A DNA stretch of 28,739 nt. Source: Paraphysomonas bandaiensis (taxonomy: Eukaryota; Protista; Chrysophyceae). The translations under genes were made by a program, and so were the position numbers. The stretch spans positions 1 to 28,739 of the forward strand of contig CBFFRP010000632.1 of the NCBI GenBank assembly GCA_965644295.1. Reading direction: 5' to 3'. Shown here in pieces: positions 10,997-20,904 of the stretch (positions are counted from its first letter, which is position 1; each line of letters begins with the position of its first letter). The notes beneath the pieces were generated by a model. The model had not been told where the DNA came from, did no database searches, and saw nothing but the letters and a program-made list of their open reading frames with translations.

Positions 10997-11277
10997 AAGT
11001 CAAGCATCCGGGATGTTCACCTTAAGGACTCAAAAAACCTGAAGTCAGCAGATGTCAAGTATATAACATTCTGCTTGCTCACCGCTTTTGGTTTGAGCGA
11101 TAGAGCGGAGGTGGTTGCATCTTAGTGCTTGCGGCGATGCACAAGCAGCCTCCGTGGCGTTAAATAATAGGATAATAGAGGTACAGGTATACGTCTTTCT
11201 AGCTTGACTAGTTTTCATCTAACTACTAAACTGGTGCTGATTCTTAACGGCTATTGCTAAATAATAAGACTTTCAAA
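10997..11277 (+). repeat. Dispersed structured repeat, copy B (module Y, 5'-truncated)
   Basis: aagtcaagcatccgggatgttcacc...cacaagcagcctccgtggcgttaaataatagg...ctattgctaaataataagactttcaa matches copies A and C. Confidence 0.9.
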
Positions 11278-11721
11278 ATATGTAGGCTAAAGGCTAGAGC
11301 TATCACACATGAATGACATTACTTCTTACACACTTTCAATCGAAGGGCACCAACAAATGCCATGCACATATGGTTGATGTGAATCTTCTAAGCAAATAAA
11401 CATACTCCTAAGGTATAAAAGCCAATGCAATGAATCAGTTAATTAACATACATATTGTCCAGGAAACCCATCCATTCATAATATATATGAGAAAATTCGA
11501 GTTTTCTACGTGATTATATTATATATTATAGTATATAGCCACAGGGCATGTTTGCAAGCAAGGGCGGGGCGATTTATAAATAATTTTCATCCAGCAAACA
11601 CTGGCTCTAGACAACACTGTACTTCCTAATTCATTTGTGTGTATGTGCCTGTCTTTAAAATATAATCGTTCATTTTCAATATGCATTCAGTATATTCCCA
11701 TACTTAGAGGTCACAATAAAA

Positions 11722-14700
11722 CTAATAATACCTAACGATAGGCGAAAAGTAGCGATCCATTTTATCTGGAGACCCCGTCGGTTCACGAAATAGAAAAGCG
11801 AAGCTCCCATGAGCAGGGAATCGGCGTGTTGGAAGGCTCTCATGAGGGAATATATATGTAAAGTATTTTACACCTTGTTGTTTCATATGTCCTTCCGGAA
11901 TTGGTCTCCATCTGTTCCGCTTATGCAAACTGCAACATAATTGGAAGTTAACAATATTTATAACTACTATAACTTGAGTCCAAACTTACTACGCAGCATC
12001 ATCGGGATGAAGTTGTTCAGGTGGGCAGTATCTGAAAAAGTATTGCGTTTGATGATCAGATATTGTCATTACACCGAGAACTTTTCCATTCTTGCTATAA
12101 TGAACAAATCCGCCCAAGAGCAGTAGCATGATATCTGGATCCGTGGCATCAACCCCGAGTGCATCAAGATCCATATCTCGGAAATCTGGGAATACAACCG
12201 AATTAAAATAACAAACATAAAAAATGCTTACAATTTCGAAGATGCAAATGCTGGGTTACATCTTTGTTGACGTACATTGAGTGGGTAATAAATATCGAAA
12301 ATGAGTAGCTCCTTTTGGTTCTCCAGCCATTTCCATTTCCTCTGAAAATAACTATGTCACCATATCGCACAATAGACTATCTTTTTTCCAGCATATACCT
12401 TGTAAGTGTTCCAGCTTAAATAGGGGTGACATTGTTACTGACCATTCGTATGGACTCTTTTTCTCTAGAAGCGTTCTGAGGTTATGCGACCGCCTGCCAA
12501 CTACCTCGGACAAGGTGAAATCGATAAACTCACATTTTGACAAGTGCGCATTTTGTTTAGCAGCAGAGATGCGAGCTTGAATTTCATCCATCCATTGCTT
12601 ACGATTGTTCTCATCGAGGGCACACAATACCAAGTGATACTCATAGTTATCAGAGGTAACAGTCGTAAGCGTAAATCCCCACTTTGGCTTCGCCTCATCG
12701 GTATAGGGGGAATCGATATAATCATACACAGATGGCGGAATAATATTTAGTTCTGACTTGTCAGTTATGGGACATATACCCTGTATGACTGCCTGGCCAT
12801 CTTTATTGCCCGCATAGTACGATATTTGGTCTGGTCTCAATACGAACCAGCGAGGCATAAGGTCAAGTACTCCGGGAAGCTGTGACAACAAAAGTCACAC
12901 CAAATACAAGTATAAGTGAAACATAAGGTGAAAGTCACAAAGGTATTATGTCATACAAAAGTTTCATGCAATATACATATCAGGCTACTATATATAAACA
13001 AAAGAACCGACTCTTAATTATATATTTCCAATACGTACTTCCATATTCAGCCACCCCTCCTTTAGAATCTTGGATTTACACGATCCAGGAGGTAGGAACG
13101 ACTCCATAAATGGCGTCCCCATAAGTGAAGTTTTCTCCATATAAAGAGGTCCCAAGGACTCCGGAAATAATTTTGGTTGGTGAGATATGTGCCCAAAGTG
13201 TCTCCCAAGACCTCTGTGCCAGTTTCCGGAATAGTCTTCCACAGATTTCAGAGTAATTGAGTTTTCATTCGATATTCGGACCACTAAATCTGTTAAAGGA
13301 GCCAAAATCTTCAATGAATTCTCGGGGCTTTTAAGACTACGCAATATTTGACTCTCTGGAATATTTCGACCAGTTTTCTCGGTGCGATAAGCTATTCGCT
13401 GTCTAATAGTTTCTTCACTCGCGGTTATATATATGATGGCAATACGATAATGGGGAAATCTGTTACGTATATCCTCGAAGCCCTAAATTATGGGATATCA
13501 TAACAGGATGATATAGTCATAACAAGCAGAGGAACGAGAATGGCAAACATATAATGTAACAACTAATACCTTGTAGAACCACTCACTGTCGGAAAGACTG
13601 CCATCCACCCAAACGTGTTGCCTCTGCCTCATCGCTGTCTCCTGAGCAATCTCTTGAAGGTACGCACTCTCTTGATGGCAGAAAGTTCCCGCAGTCTCTT
13701 CATCGCGCTGAACGTAGCCATTCCACTGCCGTAACATTTAAGAATCATACTTATAGTATTCAAATAACTTATACACTCACTAACAATGTACTCCACACAC
13801 ATTCTAACAAATCAATTTTGCTAATATATATTTTATCAAGGTCTACAGAAGTGCAACATATCATTACACAACGTTAGATCAATCTCTTATACAACACATA
13901 GATATAAAGCAGGAACACGCAAAACATATATTCATATCAAAGGATGTACCTCAGGCATGATTCGCTTAAAGAAATCTGGATCCACATGAGCTACAAATTC
14001 CAGAGGAAATAAGCCTTGCGAAGATAGCCAACTCAGTACCTAACATAAAGGCAATGCATATAGTAAGGCAAGAGCAGAAAAAGATACGGCGCGAAGGTTG
14101 TCTTACGTGTCCCTTTCCAACACCCTATGAACAAACAGATATTAGTCACATTCACCGTACGTCATCAATTATAGGTTTAGTATACAATCCGTCATTTTAT
14201 AATATATACTGGTGTATTGCATAAAACATGTAATGCCGCGGGATTAACTTAGTAATAAAAAGAACGTCTAATATAACACAGACAATTTCTCATCTACTTC
14301 GCCGATTTCAAGCAGGTCAACCGAAAGCACTCACCATAGGTCCACAAGTATACACTACCCATGGTCTGGCCTGGCCTTCTGTTTTACCCAAACAACATCG
14401 TATCCCTACATCCTGCCATAGCTGCCTTTCTATGGTGTAATTGGTATGCCACGTGTAATCACGAGTCGCACGAATATCTGCGAAATCTCCTACATAAACA
14501 CCTGGTTTTTCTCTATAAAACTCTGACGTGGATTTAGTATAGTCGTAATTATCTGGTACACGAAACGTCGATTCTTCGCAGGCACAATATATTCTCACCA
14601 AACTACGCAGCCACCGCAAGTTTTTGGTTCCCTGTATTTTTCTGTAATGCATGCACATGTCCTAATGCCACTACTTACTTCCATGAATTCTTCAACAGTA

Positions 14701-15059
14701 ATGTATCCTTCATTCTCTTTAGTGATGTTACTAAACAGCCGCCTAGCTTCAACTTCTCGAATATCTACATGGGGCATATTATTTAATCCATTCACGAACT
14801 CTTCTTCAGTCAAATGCATGTCGTGGTTCACATCAATAGCATCGAAGAAGCTCTTCAGGCTTTCAACATCGAGAGCCGGCCGCTTATAGGCAGTCCTTAT
14901 TTCCGTGGTAACATACCGCAATGGGTTAAGGCTGTTTAGTGTTGCTTGTAGAGGCTGATGCACAGCATGCGGACTGCGAGTCGCTGAGTTGCTCCGAAAT
15001 CGAACCAAGGCTCGTTTAGTGGCTGCTGCATGTCGTCGTATGAAGCCAGAAGACAGCAT
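11722..15059 (-). CDS. EF-hand pair + zeta-toxin-like P-loop kinase + PH domain + duplicated C-terminal module; 10 exons: 15059-14679, 14631-14335, 14124-14107, 14039-13950, 13725-13570, 13482-13039, 12879-12399, 12341-12276, 12185-11990, 11929-11722; ~778 aa
   Basis: All junctions are GT-AG and phase-compatible (2337 nt total). EF-hands DVNHDMHLTEEEF and TKENEGYITVEEF; kinase motifs PWVVYTCGPM|GVGKGH, HVDPDFFKRIMPE, HQESAYLQE, VWVDGSL; PH motifs LKEGWL...RWFVL...LCALDENNRKQWMDEI. Confidence 0.85.
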
Positions 15060-15728
15060 TCTAATTGGGAGTTGTAACACTTGTAATACTTTATTACGTT
15101 TCTTATTCTGAGGCTGCTAGAGACCACAGCGGAGATGATACATCGCCAGAGTAACCGCTACGTGCACGTTATGGGCTGATAATATCCTCACTAGGCACTA
15201 ACAGGGTGCAGGGTCAAGAGCATGGGGCAGTTGAATATTCCCACATGTGTCTCGTATCTATCAGTCAAGCATATATGCTATCGTGCATGTAATGATGTAG
15301 CTACAGTGTGATCAAGAAGGTGTGTAGATATTGCTGCTTATATATACGTATGTGTCTCTATGCTGTGCTGCTGCTGCACTCGACATACTATCGAGACGCG
15401 AACATGTCGACTCAGTGTTCGTGTTCTATCAACTGATTTTTCTTTATGTAAGAAATTTACACTACAAAAAAAACAGAATCGAAACTTTATCCGAATATTT
15501 CGCTCACTTCTTTCGAATGAGCACTACGAGTGTACTCTACCGCCGTATGTAAGGTACTGTATAGAATGTGGCACATGTATATCTTTGGGAATATACGTAC
15601 TGCTGTACTTGTCCCTCTGTATCTGAATACAAAGGAGGCTACAGGTACAGTGTAGCCACAGGGATCATACTCCACGGAGCTCTATCTGAGATCGGTGCTG
15701 CTAATCAAGGATATAAGGGGAGTATCTG

Positions 15729-16730
15729 ATGCAAGTTCCTGTTATAAATTTGCAGAATGACATGTGCTCCTTATCGTGCGAATGGGATAAAGTGTTTCGA
15801 GAAGTTGGGTGCTGCATTCTCACAGGGCATGATATCCCAGGAGCGCTATTCACTGACATGATACAAGAAACGAACGATTTTTTCACCCAACCTCTAGAGT
15901 ATAAGATGAATTATTGTCATGGACCATACGGAAACCCTAATGGAGGTTACACGCCGCCAGAGAGCGAAGCAGTATCTCAGTCCATGGCAGACTCCGATTT
16001 ATCTACTCAGCCTGATTTGGTAGAAAGTTTCGTTTTGAATCAACGAAACGCCCAGAAATATGCCGATATTTTTCCTAAATGCTGTTCGTATCTAGGATGT
16101 GTTCAGGCCCTACTGCATCGCTTGCATGATATCTCAGCCAATGCCCTTGAGCTTGAAGAGAGGGACTATTTCAGGAAATACTACGACCCATCTCACCCTG
16201 ATGCACAAGGTTGTGATGAGCCGTCTTATGCTCTTCGTCTTGCGTATTACCCTCCCCAGCTTTGCTCTGCGACATCATGCTTGGGCAATGATCCCACAGA
16301 CATTCGACCTAGGTATGGTGCACATACAGATTACATGGGGTATACAATCCTTCGGGCAGATGTGAGAGACTGGTCTTCTGAAGGATCTGCTGGCCTGGAG
16401 ATATTCAGTCCAAAGTGTGACCAATGGTTCGCCGCGCGAGTGCCGGATGAACTCCGGCCCACAGCACTAATTGTAAATGCTGGTGACCTTCTTCAGCGTT
16501 GGACCAATGGTCGGTGGTTGTCTCCCGTACATCGAGTTGCTAGCCCCAGGCCTCGATCTGAAGCTGCAGCGAGAAGTCGTGTGTCAATAGTATTTTTCTC
16601 GGGACCAATGAACGATAGTTTAATTAGCACCATTCCTTCTTGTATGCCATCGACTGAAGGTGGGACAACTTATGAGCCAGTTGTTGCTCGAGATTATCTT
16701 ATGTCTAAAATTAACCCAACTGCGTTGTAA
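15729..16730 (+). CDS. 2-oxoglutarate/Fe(II) dioxygenase (IPNS-like; DIOX_N + 2OG-FeII_Oxy)
   Basis: VPVINL...GCCILTGHDI; LRLAYYP; HTD...H iron triad (GAHTDY...SPVHRV); VNAGDLLQRWTNG; RVS 2OG-binding motif. Confidence 0.92.
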   Translation: MQVPVINLQNDMCSLSCEWDKVFREVGCCILTGHDIPGALFTDMIQETNDFFTQPLEYKMNYCHGPYGNPNGGYTPPESEAVSQSMADSDLSTQPDLVESFVLNQRNAQKYADIFPKCCSYLGCVQALLHRLHDISANALELEERDYFRKYYDPSHPDAQGCDEPSYALRLAYYPPQLCSATSCLGNDPTDIRPRYGAHTDYMGYTILRADVRDWSSEGSAGLEIFSPKCDQWFAARVPDELRPTALIVNAGDLLQRWTNGRWLSPVHRVASPRPRSEAAARSRVSIVFFSGPMNDSLISTIPSCMPSTEGGTTYEPVVARDYLMSKINPTAL

Positions 16731-16966
16731 TACTAATAGTTTATAAAGTGTACTTTTTATTATTATTATACGCGTTACAATGTGTGTTACGTGGTTTCAA
16801 TACTGCCTTCGATGTCACGGTGATGAGTATACGAGTGGACACAGATATGCCAATGAATCGCTTTAAGTATTTGACAACCACTCGCATTCTATTTTGTGAT
16901 TGTAACTAGTTATATAAAACAACTTGGAGACATGTGAAACACTAACATAAAAATTCAATAAAGTGA

Positions 16967-17024
16967 CCGTGTCTGAAGTTATAATCTACATGAGGCCGTG
17001 TCTGAAGTTATAATCTGCATGAGG
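16967..17024 (+). repeat. 29-bp tandem duplication (1 mismatch)
   Basis: ccgtgtctgaagttataatct(a/g)catgagg x2. Confidence 0.9.
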
Positions 17025-17067
17025 GTCTCTCGTTATTGTAGTACATAGATATTCTAGTGATTCTGGT

Positions 17068-17709
17068 TGACGCACAAGCCGCTTTCGTTGCGTCAAATAG
17101 TAGAATATCAGATTTAAGCACTAGTAAGTCAAATTGCAATGCTAAATTAATCCTGACTCTTACATGCCTATTACTAATAATAAGACATATTCACTACCCT
17201 CAACAAAGTCGGACTCGCACCTTTTCTTGGTGTTCTGGGGGATAAGTATAAGAGAGATTCTCTCTGGGAAACTAACGTGAGTCAGCAGATATTCTTCTGC
17301 CCACTCATAGCCGAATGCTTGTGTGGTACAAGGGACACCAATAAGTGTCACTTGTGTAGAAGTCTTTGGGCCCTGACGAATAAACAGGCATCCGCGAATG
17401 GGCCCACCTGAAGGGCATCCAGGACAGGGCCCACCTGAAGGGTAACCGGGGTATTGGGCTGCCTGCTGAAGTCAAGCATTCGGGATATTCACCTCAAGAA
17501 CTCAGAGCGGAAGTGGTCGCACCTTGGTGCTTGCGGCGACGCACAAGCAGCTTTCGTAGCGTTAAATAGTAGGATAAAAAACGTGTGTACTGATTAGTTA
17601 CAGGAAGAAGTCTAACTAGTTTGTCTAGCATTCATCTAGCTACTAAGTTGGTGCAGGTTTTTAATGCCTATTGCTAATAATAAGACTTTCAATATAGACA
17701 TTCACTACT
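17068..17709 (+). repeat. Dispersed structured repeat, copy C (Y 3' part, then X-Z-Y; partial tandem)
   Basis: The Y end (gacgcacaagc...atgcctatt(a/g)ctaataataagac) occurs at both ends; internal gggcccacctgaaggg duplication. Confidence 0.9.
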
Positions 17710-18200
17710 GGTGATTGTTACGATAGCTAGGACTAGCATTCTAGCATTGACGCACCCAACCCCATTCTTGATGGACAGGTCAAGACCGCAGTCGTGTTAC
17801 GCTACCACACTCAAGGGGCCACATATAGACTCCCACACGATTAAAACGTAGAAACACACTACGGAAACACTGATTATTCACCTACTATGTACAATGAGGA
17901 GACCTCGCTCACCCCACGCGGCTACCTCTCCCACAACCTCTGCACAAGTGGAAAAGCCACAGCGCCGACTTCGCCAGCTACTCCTTCGCCCCAAATATAC
18001 CTCGCAGCCCGCGCCAACTCCTGACACGCCGGAGCCCCAATCTACCTCCTCGCCCATGTCTCTCAGACTAGGAACACTGGACTCACTAATTCAGAATCCT
18101 GTGCCTTCCCTAAGCCCTACTTCAAGCCCCCCACCTGACCAAACCCATCTACACTCCAAGGAGTCACGTCCATAGAGATATTCTCCCTCGCGAAAAAGAA

Positions 18201-18280
18201 CGGAAGTGGTTGCACCTTGGCGCTTACGGCAACGCACTTTTGTAGTGCAAATTCTTGATGCCTATTGCTAATAATGAGGC
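18201..18280 (+). repeat. Dispersed repeat, copy D (internally deleted Y)
   Basis: cggaagtggttgcaccttggcgcttacggcaacgcac joined to atgcctattgctaataatgagg. Confidence 0.75.
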
Positions 18281-18409
18281 TTTTTATACATTCAAGGAGA
18301 GCAAGAGTGCAAAAGATTTGTCGGAAAACCCAGTCTACCACAAGCAATTAAAGCACATTTAAATATAGTATCATTGGGTACGTGACAGCGTAGACAATGT
18401 CAGGTCTTG

Positions 18410-18650
18410 TATGAAAAGCCAAATATAAAAATTGCTTCTATTATACTGCGGTATGAGAACATTGATACCCATTGCTCCAGTTCTGAAGGAAGCTCCATTA
18501 CCATCAAATGTACAGGAACTATTAGCTACAGAACGAGAGCTTCCTTCAGAACAGGAGCAATGGGTATCAACGTTCCCATACCGGAGTGTAATAGGGGCAA
18601 CTCTGTATTTAGCATTTCATACAAGACTCGACATTGCCTACGCTGTCTAG
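18410..18650 (+). mobile_element. Ty1/copia reverse transcriptase C-terminal remnant
   Basis: FPYRSVIGATLYLAFHTRLDIAYAV matches the copia PYRSLVGSLMYL...TRPDIAYAV motif. Confidence 0.88.
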
Positions 18651-18789
18651 CTAATAGTTACTGTGCATTAAATGTAATGGAGTTTCTTTTTTATTTCTGC
18701 TATGTTCTATGATATATCGAAATTTATGAATAACTTTTTTGGCATATTTTGATTAATCTAGTTTGAACCACTTTTCACCTCTGGTGAAG

Positions 18790-19200
18790 CGAATGTTCAG
18801 AAAACTCCTGCACTCTCCCATATTCAGCATCTCAAATGTCTGAAAATCAATATCAAAAGACGCAATTTTATAATGTCATCTACATACAATAGCAACAATG
18901 TAAGTTTATTTTGAAGCCATCAAAAATACAGACACGTATCAAGCACACATGCTTTAAAATTCATAGATTAGAAACATTTATCTATTAGTCTATTCCATAT
19001 TCCATTGACGCGGTGAAGATCGTAAACCGTATAGCGTTTTGATCAAATTGAATCACCATCCTTCACCGAGCTCTTCATCTGGCGATGGATGCATATATAC
19101 GTCTTCATCGAGATGAGCATGACAAAACGCCGAACTCACGTCAAGTTGATGTACATGCATATGAAACATAAAGGCGATTGATATCACGAGCCCATAGTGA
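18790..19200 (-). mobile_element. Ty1/copia reverse transcriptase core remnant (stops/frameshifts)
   Basis: HQLDVSSAF...LDEDVYM, KTLYGL, DTCLYF and LLLYVDDI on the minus strand. Confidence 0.9.
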
Positions 19201-19606
19201 TGAATCAATGCACTCACTCTCTGTGGAGGATCCACTCCCTATTCTTTATGTCATTTACTCATTGATATGGAGTACTATACTCCACTATATTAGTAGGACA
19301 TATCAAGTGTGCAACTGGTGAAAATAGATCATTGGAAATAGGGTATACATACTTTATTTTCTGGACCAGTGTTAAATCCAATTACTTATGTCAATACGAC
19401 TACGGTCTATCTAAACTCGCTTTACAACGGTATTGCGGTAGTCATTTTGCATAACAGATGTAATTAGCATTCCACTGTAATATCAGACAATAAAAGTGTT
19501 GTGGCAACATCAATGCATGACAGTTATCTAATGCCACAAAGAAAGCTACGGCCATTTATGATATGATGACACAAGATATATATTCACTTTCAACCTAGCA
19601 CTTCCC

Positions 19607-20422
19607 CTATATCACTACACCAGCTTTTTCCAAGGCCTTACAGTGTTCTGGCCTGTGCTGCCGGATGTACTCTAGAACCTTACTCCTGATTTTATCCGTA
19701 GGTAATTGAAGCATTGTGAATACAGCATGTAGAGCATCTCGAGGATCACTTGTATATGTAGTGGATAGCAGTTCTATCTCCCCGATATGATACTGACCGA
19801 CTCTGGTGACTCCATCATACTCTACACTCGAAATGATATCCGAAGGTGTGAAAAAGTCCACTCTATCAACATCTGCGTATACTTCCACAGTGTGATTACA
19901 ACCACACATATTGACGCTCAACCTAATGTGATATCGATTTCTGGTTGTCATAAATTTACCAAAGCATTTGAAGCCGCCTGCAGCCAAGCTCAATAGTTTG
20001 TCCTCAACGTCGTTTCCACCTTTATTGACAAATCTCTGTCCGGTGATGCTACATATGTGCTCTTGTATATAATCCCAATTAGTTGACTCATTGTAACAAT
20101 CGACTTTATTCACGGTATTAACCACATTATTTTCACTGTGGGAATTAGGAGCACGATGGGGCCATTTCAACTCTAACGTATTATTTCTTTTACGCAGCCA
20201 CAGATCGTGGGTTGTCAAACTGAAGGAGGAGTCATCATAATACGAATCACAGAATTCCATTCTTTCCACATTATGAGCTAGCTTTTCAAACCTCGAAACC
20301 AGATCTGGGGTGCAAACAAACTTTCTGAGCAAGCATGTTATACAGTGGGATTAGCTGAGGAAACACACTCACCTCTCTATTTCCAGAACAGAATCAGTGG
20401 TAACTACGTTAGCGGGTTGCAT
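19607..20422 (-). CDS. CYTH-domain protein, thiamine-triphosphatase-like; 2 exons (20422-20373, 20324-19607), ~255 aa
   Basis: Splicing a 48-nt intron restores the ExExK motif LEIERKF; also DSYYD...LTTHDLWLRKR...ELK, IGEIEL and KIRSKVLEY. Confidence 0.88.
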
Positions 20423-20642
20423 TTGTGTTTAGTCTTGTTACAATGGGGACGTTGACAGTGAGAGACGGAGCTGCTCTGAGTTCAGTTCAGTTCATTCCAC
20501 TGCAGTCACCACAACCGCTACAGAGAATACAGTTCTTATACAGCAGGAATACAGTCCTTTACATACAGTCCCCTAAATCTGGTACAGTATTTTGTTATGG
20601 TGTTCGTATTCCCTCACAGGACATCGTTCCAATCCACTGCAT

Positions 20643-20645
<3 letters not shown>

Positions 20646-20673
<28 letters not shown>
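20646..20673 (+). repeat. (CA)14 microsatellite
   Basis: Read directly from the sequence. Confidence 0.95.
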
Positions 20674-20677
<4 letters not shown>

Positions 20678-20904
20678 GACTGAAATTTTAGTTCAACATA
20701 TAGTAGTGTACGTACAGCAGAGCAGAGCGGTGGATACGCTGAGCTGCTGCTGTAATCTGTGTGCAGCATATCACACAGGAGCATTGCCCCGCCGCCAGAG
20801 TTATAGTCTTAATTTTGCGGTATAAATATCGATATTGATGCGTCGCCACTCTTAGGTTACGGCGCGTAGTACATCGTTATTGGAAACTGTGATTAGATAA
20901 CCTC

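Noticed and set aside
16967-17024. CRISPR-like 29-bp repeats
   Set aside because: Two adjacent copies with no spacer, in a eukaryotic context with no cas genes.
17366-17405. Hammerhead (CTGACGA...GAA) or HDV-like (GCGAATGGG) ribozyme
   Set aside because: No stem II/GAAA/stem III arrangement, and the GCGAATGGG reads AAGAATGGG in copy A, with no P1/P3 pseudoknot found.
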